64,000 nucleotides of DNA, taken from NCBI RefSeq assembly GCF_009914755.1, contig NC_060929.1. One strand, written 5' to 3'. The position numbers and the translations under genes were made by a program. The notes under the pieces are model-generated. The model ran no database searches. It saw only the letters and a list, made by a program, of their open reading frames with translations, and had not been told where the DNA came from. Numbering within the stretch: the first letter of the stretch is position 1; every line of letters begins with the position of its first letter. Positions 10,201-24,100 of the stretch are shown here, one piece after another. The DNA is from the human T2T-CHM13v2.0 reference genome, Homo sapiens.

Positions 10201-12426
10201 CCTGGCACCCTCGGGAGACCGGGCTGAGCCGAGGGCTTTGCGGTCTAACTGCCTGGAGGAGGAGGACGGCTTGGTCTTCTCCAGACTCAGGGGGACCACC
10301 TTCCCCAAGGATGGGGACTCCGTTTTTCTGGAAGGTGCAGAGTCGGCTTTCCCCAGGGACACAGGCTCTCCCTTCCCTGAGGCAAGGGGCTCTGCTTTTC
10401 TGCAGGATCCAGGATCCACCTTCTCTGAGGCCTGTGGTGTCTCCTTTTTCAAACACACAGCCCCTGCTTCTCCTGGTGCTGCAGCGCCCTCTTGCCCAGG
10501 GAGCTTTGTTTCTGCTTTGCCACCAGACTGCGGCTGTGCTTTCCCCGAGGCCCTGGGATCCGCCTTTGTGGTGGTAACAGGACTCCCCTTCTCTAGAGGC
10601 AGAGAACCCACTTTTCCCTCTGGGATAGCTTCTGCTTTTCCCAGGGACACGGGATCCACCTTCCCCGAGGGCACCGGGACTGTTTTTCCTGGAGTTGAGA
10701 CCACTTTACCTATAGACACAGAGTCCCCTTGTCCAGAGGGGCCAGCGTCTGCCTTTCCCTTGCTCACAGGGTCCTCCTTGCCCACCGCGAGGGGCTCGGC
10801 CTTCCCTGAGGCTGTGGGAGCCGCCTTTCCAGAGGCCACCAGACCTGCCTTCTCCGAGGACAGGGGATCTCCTTTTCCCCCCGTCGCTGGCTCAGCCTTT
10901 ACTGCAGATGGGGGACCTGCTGTCCCCAAGGACCTGGGATCGCCTGGACCTGAAGACACAGGGTTTGTCTTTCCTGAAGACTCAGGATTCACTTTTTCAG
11001 ATGATGTCTTTCTACTTCCAGCAGATATGGGGTCCTCCCTTCTGGAGGACACCGGGTCCTCTTTTCCTGGGGATACAGTTCCTGCCTTTCCCACAGACAC
11101 ACGCTCTGCCTGTCCAGGAGACAAGAGCTCTGGCTTTCCTGAGCACATGGGGTCCATCTTTCCCAGAGAAACTGGATCCACCTTGCCTGAAGACATGGGA
11201 TCCACATTTTTCAAAGATGTGAGATCTGTCTTTGCTGAAGCCGTAGTATCCGTGTGGCCAGACACAGGACGCCCCTCTCCTGAGGAGGCAGGGTCCATCT
11301 TTCCCAGGAACCGGGAGTCCTCTTTTGTGGCAGGCACAGTTTCTACATTTCCCACAGATGCGGGATCTGCCATCCCCAAGCATGTGGGATCCAGCCTTCC
11401 CAAGGACCCAGGAGCCCCGGTCCCAGAGGATACAGGCCCATTCTTGCCTGATGAGCCTGGAATCAGCTTGCCCAGGAGCCCCGGCTCTGTCTTTCCTGTG
11501 GACGCAGAATCCATGCTTTCCAAGGGCACGGGATCTGCCTTTCCCGAGGGCCCAGGATCTCTCTTTCCCGACAATACAAGATCTACCTTTTCTGCAGATG
11601 TAGGAGCGACCTTTTCTGAGGACACAGGATGCTCTTTTCCTGAATACCTGGGCTCCTCCTTTCTTGGGAATACAGGGTCCACTTTGTCTGAGGACACAGG
11701 ATCCACCTTTCTCAAAGACCCAGGATCCTCCTTCCTCGGTGACACTGTATACGTCTTGCTGGAGCACAAAGGATCTACTTTTCCCAGGGATCCAAGATCT
11801 TCCTTTCTTACAGTCATGGGATCCATCCTTCCAGGAGCCACAGGATCCCCCTTTCCCAAGATTTCAGGCTCTGCCTTTCCTGTAAACATGGGATCTGCCT
11901 TCCGTGAGGACCCAGGATCCTCCTTTCCTATGGAAGTGGAATCGGCCTGCTTTGAGGACTTGAAATCCATCTTCTCTAAGAACATGGGATTTCTGTCATC
12001 TGAGGATTTGGGCTCAGTTTTCACGGAGGACACAGGCTCTGGCTTCCCAGACGTGGTGGCTTCTGGTGTCCCTGAGATGGAGGCTCCATGTGCCTCCAAT
12101 GTCTCCTTGGAGGGTGACTCCTGGGGAGAGAAGCAGGTTGGGGAGGGGCAGGCCAGGCTCCCTCTGGGGCCGTCAGAGCAGGAGGCCCCTTCCCCAGCCC
12201 CACTGGGGCTTCTGTGTCTAGACTCCATGCCTGGGCTTTGGTCAGGGGTGTGCCTGGGGGGTGCAGGGCTTGCCTTTTGCTGGGAGGGGCAGTAATCCCT
12301 CATAGCCGAGCTGCCAGCCCCCAGGCTCCCATCCTGTGGGCAGAAGAAGGCTGTGGGTCGGGGTCCTGGGGGGCTGGAATCCTTTTGAAGCAGCTGGAGC
12401 CAGGCCGGGTCTTCAGCAGTGTCCAT
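9400..12426 (-). CDS. GPRIN1: G protein-regulated inducer of neurite outgrowth 1, single coding exon, 1008 aa
   Basis: Uninterrupted [16 protein letters not shown]...; C-terminal GRIN domain [37 protein letters not shown] and RRPRCCSR; exon acceptor ctgtttcag, exon starts at 12469. Confidence 0.98.
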
Positions 12427-12706
12427 CTGCCCTCATGACCACGCCTGCACCCAAGGCTGCTGTCTGGTTCTGAAACAGAGAGAGAGCTGACTCAGACTTC
12501 CCAAAGCTCAGTGGGGGAGGAGACTCTGCCTTCTCCCCTTCCTCACTGAGTGCTGTGTCCCATCTGGTCCCCACCTGTCCAGAGGACCTAGACTAAAAAC
12601 ACAAACCCAAGCATGTCACTCCCCTGCTTCACTGCTCCCAGTGGCCCTCTGTATAAAGACGTCTTACAAGGCATTCAACGCCCTTCACAACTTGGCCACA
12701 GCCTAA

Positions 12707-12992
<286 letters not shown>

Positions 12993-13091
12993 CCACAGCC
13001 TAACTTTTCAACTTTGCCTACTATCGCCCCTCTCTGTTCAACCCCACCCCATGCAACACACTATCCAGAAGTTATGCTTTTGTCCTCTAGG

Positions 13092-13750
<659 letters not shown>

Positions 13751-13889
13751 CTGGAGAGCTGTGAATGGTTTATAGTCAAGGAAGGGACATAGTCAGATGT
13801 GTGTGTTTTCAAAGATTCCTCTGGGATGGTATGGAGGCTGGGCTGAAGGAGCACAGGGGTTGGCCAAGACCTGTGAGGAAGCTGGTAAA

Positions 13890-15110
13890 TCATTCATTTA
13901 ATCTTTCATCCATTTAATCCTTCATTCATTCACCTAGCCCCTTCTCTGCAACAGGCCCTGAGCAGTTGCAGGAATCTCGATGAGAGACAGCACAGCAGAG
14001 GTCCTGGAGATGGTAGTTAAAGGCAGAATTGAGAAATCCAAAGGAAAACTGACAGGTACCAACAGGCTGTACTGGTAATGGCAGGGGCGGTCTGCAGGGT
14101 ACTGGCTAGGGTGAGGGCTGCTGGGTGATGGTGCTGAGCAGGAGATGTAGGAAAGAGGGAGATCCGTTTTTGGACAAGCTGAGTTTGTAGTGCCTGGGGG
14201 ATATCCAAGAAGAGGGTCCAGCAGGCAGCTGGGCCTACAAGCAACCCCGTTCCGTTACACACTCAGTAGCCAAAGCAAATAGAGCTCCTGATCCCCTCAA
14301 ACCTGCTCCAAAACCATGGCTTTAATGCTCAGGCCCAAATCCCTAATCACCCTTGACTTTCACACCCCACGTCTATCAGCAAAACATAATGGAGTTACCA
14401 TCAGAATATATCCAGCATCTGGCTACTGCCATCTGGACCCCCCACCATCTCTCACCTGGATTATCCCTGCCTTTTCCTTTGTCCCATAGCTTATTCTCAA
14501 CACAGCAGCCAGAGGGATCTTAGTAAAACCCGAGACAAATCATGTACCCCTCTGCTCGGAACCAGGCAGTGTCTCCCCATCCCATGCAAAGTAAAAGTAA
14601 ACTCCTTAGAATGGCTCAGAAGCCCCTGCATCTTCAGGCCCCGTCACCTCCTCTGCCCTTTCTGCTGCTGCTCTCCCTCTCCCTCACGCTGCTTCAGCCA
14701 CGCGGGGTGCCTCGCTGTGCGCCTTGCTGTGCCTTGAACACGCCTGCCTCCATGCCTTGGCGCTGCCTGCTTCTTCTGCATGGAGAGATTTCTCTCCAAA
14801 TATCTGCATGGTCGGCTCCCCAAGGCTTTCCCTGACCCATGCAATGTAAAACAGCCTCCTCCCCAGCTCTGGCTGGCATTCTCCACCCTCTTATTCTAAT
14901 CAGTTTTCCTCCATAGTACCTGTCACCATCTGACATATCACATATATTCGCTTATTGCTTGTGGTGTGTTGCTCTCATTAAAATGCCAGCTCCAGGAGGT
15001 GGGGACTTTGCTGTGCTATCTGATATATCCCAGAGTTGAGACCTGGCACACATGCAGTAAGCAAGGAAGATCCTCATACGGATTTGTTCCATGAATGACT
15101 GAATGACCTA
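13890..15110. mobile_element. L2 LINE fragments
   Basis: ttcattcattc end motif, cacagcagccagagggatc, acctggcaca...gaatgactgaatga. Confidence 0.55.
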
Positions 15111-16984
15111 AGATGCAGAGCCACCTGTGCCCTCCTTGGCTCAAAACCCTCCTCATTCTTGCCGGAAATGTAAATTAGTTGTAATCTTTTTAGAAGGACA
15201 TTTATCAATTTCTATCAAAGTTTACAACGCGCATAGCATTTGAGCCACCAAGCCCACCTCTAAGCATGGTCCTAAAGATAGACCTGGGGTCCTGAAGATG
15301 GTCCTGGGGTACACAAGGGCATGGCTAGTGATGAGAACAAGACGGGGAGGCAGGTTCTGTGAACTGTGGGACAACCACGCAGAGCACCGGGCAGCTACTA
15401 GAAGGTGTGGGGTAATGAGGGAAAGCACCCAAGATAAATTAATTGAAAAAGGCCAGGGGACAGCATCGCTACTGGGATCCCACGCGTGTAGCCAAGGAAA
15501 AGGACACACATGGATGGGTTTATTTATAAAGAGAATTTCTGGATGGAATCCTATAAAACTTTTAGCAGTGACTGCCTCTCAGAAGGAAGAGCGGGGATCT
15601 GAGGGTGGGAGAAGCTTTTCTTTGTGCGCCCCTTTGTGATGTTTAAATTGTGGTTATGTGCGCACATAGTCCTTTTTTTTCCCAATGGACAATAAAGAGA
15701 AACCTTTAATGACTCACTCTTACCTTTGGGGTAAAGTCCAGCTCTTTAATATGCTCCTAAGCCCCTATGTTTCTACTTAAGTGCTGGGATTTATCTTTCA
15801 TTACCCACTCCCACCCCCAAAACATGTACACACACAGATACACACTCTCTCTCTCCCCCACCATCTCAGCCTCTACACACCCTCTTCTGGAGGAATCTCT
15901 CCCTCCCTTCTTGCCTGGCTGTCTCTTATTACACCTTCAGATCTCCGTTAAAACACCTCCTCCTCTAGTGGGCCTTGTTTGGCTACCAGCTTCCTGGGGA
16001 TTCCTGTAGCCTCTCGTTCCTCCTCTAACAAGGCTCATGTCACTCTGCATCTGGCCATTTACACCTCTGGGTCCCTGGCCAGACCTCAGGTCTCTGGATG
16101 GGGACACAGTCGATACTGTTCACTACTGGGTCCCTCAGGCTCTGGCTTATGAGGTGGGGGAGGGGGACCATCACTAAGAGGGAACACAGGAAGAGGAACA
16201 GTTTTGCAGAGGATCATGGGGCACTGGGTTTCGGAAGTGGAACTGGAGTGCCCATGGGACTTATGGGGGGTGACATCCAGGAGGCAGTAGGAAGCAGGCC
16301 AGAAGCACGGGAGAGGTCTGGTTGGAATTCGTGGCATCACTGGATGGTCACCAGCCTGCAGGGGTCAGGCAGGCATCAGATTTGAGTGGCGTGAATTGAG
16401 TCCATCTTCATCTTTGGCCTTTTGATAGTGATATGGGCACAAATATTTGTTTTCTCCTACAAGGGAGATGATGAAAGACTCCTGACATCCCCAGACTGAG
16501 GGAGACAAGAGGGAGTGGTGGGGACTGTGGCAAACTAGAGGGCACTGGCCCCTTCTAAAGGGGCAATGGCACTCAATTCCTGCCAGCTGTGGCCAATTAG
16601 GAATCATTCCATTAACTCAGCATTTACTGAGCACACAGGCAATGTTCTAGGCATTATTCTTGGGACTGGGGATACAGCAGTGAATAAGAAATGTGGGGTC
16701 CCTGCCTTATAGATGCAGAAAGATTGGGAGGAGAGAAATAAACAAGTGGCAAATAAATCATAGTATTTCAAATAATGGATGCTGTGAAGACAAAGGAGTG
16801 GGCAGCTGGTTTAGACATGTGGTCAAGAAAGGCCCCTCTGAGGCAGTTACCATCTGAGCCAGCCATGAAGAGCTGGAGTGGAGTCGGAAAGGGGGTGGCA
16901 GCGGAAGAGGAGGCAGCAAATCACATGAGGCATGGTGGAGGAGGGGGGTTTAGCCTAAGGGCACTGGAAACCCTGGAAGTATTT

Positions 16985-17228
16985 TCTTTTTATTTGAGAC
17001 AATGTCTCACTCTGTTGCCCAGGCTGGAGTGCAGTGGCGCGATCTCGGCTCACTGCAGCCTTGACCTCCTGGGCTCAAGTGATCCTCCCACCCCAGCCTC
17101 TCAATGTAATAGGATTATACCTTGATCTCTTGAGGCCAAGAGTTCCAGACCAGCATGGGCAACATAGCAGGATCTCGTGTCTACAATAGGATTATACCTA
17201 GCGCCTAGTGAGCCACTGTATCCCGCCC
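16985..17228 (-). mobile_element. Alu monomer (FLAM-like) interrupted by an inverted Alu fragment
   Basis: TSD TGGAAGTATTT on both sides; internal opposite-orientation piece at 17123-17184. Confidence 0.8.
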
Positions 17229-17323
17229 CTTGGAAGTATTTAAGCAGGGAAGTGAATGTGGCCGCTGTGCCTCCAGGTTTCCTAAATTTTTTTTTAGCTA
17301 AGTCATAAATCTGGATATCTGTA

Positions 17324-17623
<300 letters not shown>

Positions 17624-17658
17624 ATGGATATCCATGTTTTAAATATTGGCTAATTTAA

Positions 17659-17985
<327 letters not shown>

Positions 17986-18114
17986 AAAACACTTTCATGA
18001 GCCAACTTTGACCCCTAGGTCACCAGCTTGCAACCTCTGATCCATCTGGCCCTTGGCCTATGGAAAAGGACGTTATAAGCCAGGGTGACCGGGAAGATGG
18101 TCAAGGGAAAGGGC

Positions 18115-18405
18115 CCTGGGGCGGAGTTCCGCGGCTGTAATCCCAGTGCTTTGGGAAGTCAAGGTGGGATGACTGCTTGAGGCCAGGAGTTCCAGATCAG
18201 CATGGGCAACACGGCAAGATCCCGTCTCTACAAAAACTTTAAATTAAAATTAAAAAAAAAAAAGAAATTAGCCAGGTGTGGTGGCATGTACTTATAGTCC
18301 TGCCTGCTCCAGAGGCTGAGGCAGGAGGATCTCTTGAGTCCAGGAGTTTGAGGCTGCAGTGAGCTATGATCAGCCTGGGTAACAGAACAAGAAACTGTCT
18401 TTAAA
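18115..18405 (+). mobile_element. Alu (AluJ-like, diverged)
   Basis: GAGGCTGCAGTGAGCTATGAT diagnostic of AluJ. Confidence 0.9.
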
Positions 18406-18929
18406 ACAGAGACAGGGAGAGAGAGAAAGGGCCCAGGTTCCAGTGAGGGCCAGGATCTGCCTACCATGCCTGCCTGTTTCCTTCTCTGGAAAACAGGAAT
18501 TCAACAGCTGCCTGGCTGGTGTACAGGGAGTTTAGCTGGAGCTGGAAGGAGTCAGCAAAGGATATAGGAAGGGTGCTCTGGGCCCTCACTACCCCTCATT
18601 TCAGCCCTGGAAGCCCAGCCCTGGGGTCCTCACACACCAGCCCAGCCAATAAGCTCCTCTCCCTGGGTGCAGCCCGGGCAGAAAGTCAGGCCAGCCCACC
18701 GCTTATCAGCTCTGTGACTTCAAGCAACGCCCTTCTCCTCCTTGGGGACCCTGAAGAACCCACCTCCTGCTCCCCCAGGGCTATAGTGAGAATTAAAGAA
18801 AATGAGGGGTGTGCCTGACTCTGCTCACTTTAGGGCTGGGCTGTGTCTGTGGAAGGCCTGTTTTTATCTGCTCAGCCTGTCAGAGCCCAGCTGTGCTCCC
18901 AGGAGGGGGCAGGGGAGGAAAGGGTCTGC

Positions 18930-19250
18930 AGCAGGGACACAAACCAGCAAAACCTGACCCTCAGACAGGCTTGTTTGACCCACAGAGCTAAACACATTTT
19001 AAAATCAGTTTTAAAAAGGAATTAACCGATCAACTTCTAAACATTAGAAGATTTCATGTGACAGTAAGATTTCCAGCTTCTCTTGGAAAACTAAAATTTG
19101 GCAGTCTGAGCGTGCTTCCTGCCTGGCAACATTCAGCTGGAGCCCCAAAGGGACAGCCTCCTTAGATGGGGGTGTACTCTCCAATCAGCCACAATCCCCC
19201 CTCTTCCCCACGGTGTCCTAGACACTGAGGCTGACTGTCTGCTGCCATCA
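18930..19250. mobile_element. MER102-like hAT-Charlie element
   Basis: gatttccagcttctcttggaaaa...tggcaacattcagctggagc. Confidence 0.5.
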
Positions 19251-19903
19251 ATCGTGGAATTCTCACTGTCGTTTTTCTCACAGCCGGCCCTTCATGTATG
19301 TTACCCTCCTGGCCTGTAGCCACCTGAGTGTGGACCCTGGAGCACAATGCCATGAAAGGCAGAGGTGACCTTGTACAAGTCGAGCCCTTACTATGTGCAA
19401 ATCCCACCCGCCTGCCAGGCAGCTGTTGTAGTCCTGTTTTCCAGAGGAAGAAACAGGTTCTAAGAGGCAAGCTTGGCTCAGCTGATAACATGCCCCTTCT
19501 GAAAGTCCCCAGGCTTCCCGTCCCCAACTTGTATTTTCCAGCCTCTGAGATGGGATAAAGTCCAGGGTAGGGACAGAGAGCCTGGTCAGGGAGGTAGAAA
19601 GATGTGGGGTCAAGCCCCAGCTTAGTCATTGACATCCTCTATGACTCTGAGTGAGTTTTTCTACTCCGTGGGTCTCAGTTTTCCAATCTGTGAAATGGGA
19701 GAGGGGATGTAGTTACATCTGGAAGAGATAGGCCAGCCCTGGGTTTCAGAACTGCCCCAAGACCACTCCCAGAGGCTCTACTGCTCACAGTTCTGCTGGG
19801 CCCTTCCTGGATCTTGGGGAGGCCTGAGGATCCTCGAGCTGCTTCTCTGAGAGGCAGCCCAGGCCTGAGGCCCCACATTCTCTCCCCGCAACTACCCCAC
19901 TAG

Positions 19904-20235
<332 letters not shown>

Positions 20236-20489
20236 TCAGTCTCTTTTTATCATCTGGATCCCACAACAATCTCATGAGGGGGGCATTATCATCCCATTTC
20301 ACAGATGAGGCCACTGAAGTCAGAGGGAGAAGACTTGACCAAGGGCACACAACTGGGGCACACAACTGGGGCACACAACTTGGTCAAGACTTGACCAAGG
20401 GCACACAACTGAGGGAAGGCTGTAGCTCAAAGCCAGTTGTGCCCAAGCACAAAACCTGAGTTCTTTCTAAGATCGTGGACACTGACACT

Positions 20490-20495
<6 letters not shown>

Positions 20496-20532
<37 letters not shown>

Positions 20533-20810
20533 CTGAAGACAGGGTCTCACTCTGTTACCCAGGCTAGAGTGCAGTGACACAATCATACCTCCCTGTAGCC
20601 TCCAACTCCTCAGCTCAAGCAATCTTCCCTCATCAGACTCCTAAGTAGCTATAGGCATGCGCCATCACACCCAGCTAATCTTTAAATTTTTGTAGAGATG
20701 GGGGTCTTGGTATGTTGCCCAAGCTTGTCTCAAATTCCTGGCCTCAAGCAATCCTCCTGCCTGGGCTTCTCAAAGTATTGGGATTACAGGTATGAGCCAC
20801 TGCACCTGGC
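20496..20810 (-). mobile_element. Alu (AluJ-like) with a pure T37 tail
   Basis: TSD CTGACACTTGG on both sides. Confidence 0.93.
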
Positions 20811-22590
20811 CTGACACTTGGTTCTCAAAACCCCCTTTCTGGTTTTTGAGGTCAGGCCAAGGTTCCTCCCAAGCAACAGTGCCAAGGAGCATGCAGTAGA
20901 AGAAGCAAGAGCTCCCCTCCCCCTGCATACATTCCCCCACCTGTGGGAACGCACACACCCTATGAGCAGATGAGCCTGTACACTTGGGCACAAACAGGTT
21001 GAGTGTGGCCTGACTGAGGCAGAAGGCAGAAATGTCTGCTAGGTATGTAGGCGGGCTCACCTGGCATGCAAAGGAGTGAACAGACTGCTTGTGGATGTAT
21101 GTACCAGCTTGGGCCACTCTGGGGCCAGGACCTGGCTCCTGTGTTCTGCTCAAGAAGAGCTTGTTGTGCGTATGTACACCCTGCATGTGCAGAATGGCCT
21201 GTGTGTTTGTGCCTCGTGGGGGCTACTTGGACCCTGTGGGTATCTCACTCCTAGGAGAGCTTATCTGGGTGTTGCACAGGTGCCTGTGTCCTGCTCCCAG
21301 GGAGAGCAGCAGCCCCTGTGGCTGCCCATTCAGGCCACAGAGACCTGGCCAGCCATTCCTTTCCCTCTAGGATTTCTTTCCAGCATGGAGCTATCCTTAC
21401 ACCCATAAACAGGGCCAGAACTGCCAAGCACCTGCAAATACCTCTTCTGTGCTGACAAGACCAACAAAGGCTTGAGGGACTTCGTCAGGCATCTGAGTGT
21501 GTCTGAGAATCTCAGTCTGCTGCCCCTCGTCCCCTTCTCTCGTAGTGCCCTCAGAGCAGCGAAGTCTCCTGCTCGGGGGTGTGGGGGGAGAAGGAATCTA
21601 AAGGTGTTAGCCAGACCTGCTTCCAGAAACGGCCCTCAGACCATGCATACATACATACATAGGAGGGCAAGAATGGACGTTCATGGACGTGCAAACGTGG
21701 GCCAGTGTGGGTGGGAGTGGGCAGCACGCTAAGAGACAGAGTGTGTGTGTAAGAGGGAGTGTGTGCACAAGGGTGGCAGTCTACTCCAGGGTATCTGGGT
21801 ACGCAAGGGACCCCATGAGCAGGGGTGAGCAGGCCAGGGCAGGGTGGCCCCGAGTGTGTTGTGATCAGGGAGTATTGTTGAGTTGATGTCCATGCTGTGA
21901 TCCGCGATGGCTGGTTTGAGTGCGTAGCTGTGCCTGGGTGTGTACGCAAGGCTCCCACCCAGTACCCTGGGTGACAGGTGGCCGTGTGTATGAGTCTAAT
22001 GGAATGACCAACAGCCATTGTGTGTGTGCGGTAGACCTGTGGCCTCACTCGAGGAAATGAGGCGCCCGTGCGTGAACGCGGTGTTGTGTGATCGCGCCCC
22101 GGAGTGTGTGCCACACTGGTTGTGTGACGGCGAGTGTGCTCAGTAGTGCGAGTGGAGCCAGTGGAGCGTTGAGCTCGCTCCGGGGAAGATGAATCAACGC
22201 GGGAGGACGCCCTCCCCCCAGTGGCGGGAAGCACCCCCTCCCGCGCGGCCATGCCGAACAAAGCCAGCGGGCGGCGGCAAGGCCGGGCGCGGGGCCGACC
22301 CCACAGCCAGGTCAGCCTGGCCCGCCGGGCCCCTCTGATGTTCGGCCCAGGGCTGCGGGACCCGCCCCCGCCCCGCCCCGCCCCGCCCCGCCCCGGCGAG
22401 GAGCCTGGAAACAGACACCCACCGCCCCCAGCCGCGCGCACACACCCGGGCTCATGCCGCGCGAGGTGTCCGAGCCCCGCCGCCGGGGGGCTTCGAGGAC
22501 CCTGGACAGCGGCTCCGGGGCGGCAGCGAGCGGATGAAGGGGCTGCCGCCGCCCGCCCGGAAAGACAGCGGGTGTGGGCGCGGCGCTTAC

Positions 22591-22760
22591 CAGGCAGTGC
22601 CGCTGCTCCGGCTCCTGGGCGAGATGCGCTCCGGCTCCCGCCGCCGCCGCCGCCGCCGCCGCCCGAGCGGCCTCGGCTGCCTCCGGCCGGGCTGGCGGGA
22701 GGACCCGCAGACTCGGCGCCGCCGTCCCCAGCGCCGGCTCCGCGCTCCCGCCCCGCGCCC
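22591..22760 (-). other. GPRIN1: GPRIN1 non-coding exon 1 (TSS approximate)
   Basis: Minus-strand donor CTG|gtaagc at 22590 inside the CpG island. Confidence 0.75.
22638..22661. repeat. (CCG)8 / (CGG)8 in the GPRIN1 5'UTR
   Basis: Eight pure CCG units. Confidence 0.95.
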
Positions 22761-23954
22761 CGCCCCGGGCATGCGCAGTAGCCGCCCGGCCGCCTCGGAA
22801 CCGCGAGGGGGCGGTGACCGCGGGGAAACCGCGGCCGGAGGGAGCGAGGGAGGGGCGCCCCTCGCTGGCCAACCCTAACTGCGGCCGCTGGGCTCCCGGG
22901 TTCCGCGCCGTCCTCGAGCGGGTTCCCACTTCACAGACAGGGAGACTGAGGGCCGGAGAGGCTGCCCCTTTGCTGCGAGCTTGCTGAGGGCGGGGCGCGC
23001 CGTCTAGCAGATCTTAGACCAGCCCCTCGAAAGCCCTCGCCTGGCTTGACCAAGGAGGGAACTGGGGCTCAGAGGGGGCAGTCGCCGGCCTGAGGACTCG
23101 AGGCGCCTGGATGGGGACCCAGGTCGGCGCGATCTCCCGGCTCCGCCAGCGAGGAAATTTCCCGCCTCCGCCCCCCCCACCCCCGGCCGCACTTCCGGCC
23201 TCCTCTTCCCCGCCCCCGGCCCTTTGTCTCGCCGCTGCCCACGCTCCAGCGAGTGGCGGGGACGCCGGAGGTAGTGGTGCGGGAGAGATGCCTTCCAGTC
23301 CCTGGCTGCGGCCTCCCCGGGGGCCCGCCCGCCCTCCCCCCTCCCCCTGGATACCCTCGAGCAAATCATTTCACCTCTCTGCACTTCAGTTTCTCGATCT
23401 GTAAAACGGGACTAACATTATGCACCTCACGGTGGTCTTGGAAGGGCAAAGTAGGTGTTCAGGGGTTTCCAGTGGTATCTGAATCACCAAGGACACAGAG
23501 ACTCGCTGCCCACCCCCTCCACATTTCCCTGCAGAGAAGGAGTTCCCTTCCCCTTGACTTCCCAGAGGAGAAAAAATAATTCCGTAATTGCTCTAGATGT
23601 GACAAAACCCTCTCGCACCGGTACTATGAAGCCACCACCATCTATTAATCAATGGTAACAACCATTGGCAATGATGCTTATGTAGGGCCAGACACGGCGC
23701 TAAGATTCTGTTTACAGGTTTTATCTAATTTCAATTTCCAATCGCTTAGGAGCAAGTTAATATTAATGTATTATATCTCCATTTTTCAGATAAGAAAAGA
23801 GAAGCAGATAAGTAACTTGTTTGTGGTCACACATCTAGTTAGTAGTGGAGCTGGGATTACAAACCCATGCAGTCTAACTTTGAAACCTCACTTCTTATTC
23901 TTACATTTTACTCCCCTCTCTTACTTGGTGAACCGTAAGTCACCGTGATCCTTT

Positions 23955-23958
<4 letters not shown>

Positions 23959-24004
<46 letters not shown>
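23959..24004. repeat. (TA)23 microsatellite
   Basis: Read directly. Confidence 0.97.
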
Positions 24005-24008
<4 letters not shown>

Positions 24009-24100
24009 AAATTCTAGGTGATAAATGAAGAAAATCCGTGGGACTGGCGTCTCCAGGCAGCACGCCAGGCAAGGAGAAAACCTCAGCGTGTCGGACCGGT

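Larger units (their letters stand above)
22050..23350. promoter_or_regulatory. GPRIN1: CpG-island promoter of GPRIN1
   Basis: Dense CpG, multiple GC boxes, contains exon 1. Confidence 0.9.

Noticed and set aside
9986-12295. 769-aa ORF antisense to GPRIN1
   Set aside because: It starts at GTG. In that register stops need Tyr codons or T-preceded His/Gln codons in GPRIN1, which are rare in the repeat region, so composition explains it.
21551-23404. Several 100-300 aa Arg/Pro/Gly/Ala ORFs
   Set aside because: Stop-poor GC-rich CpG island; no recognisable domains, and many have non-ATG starts.
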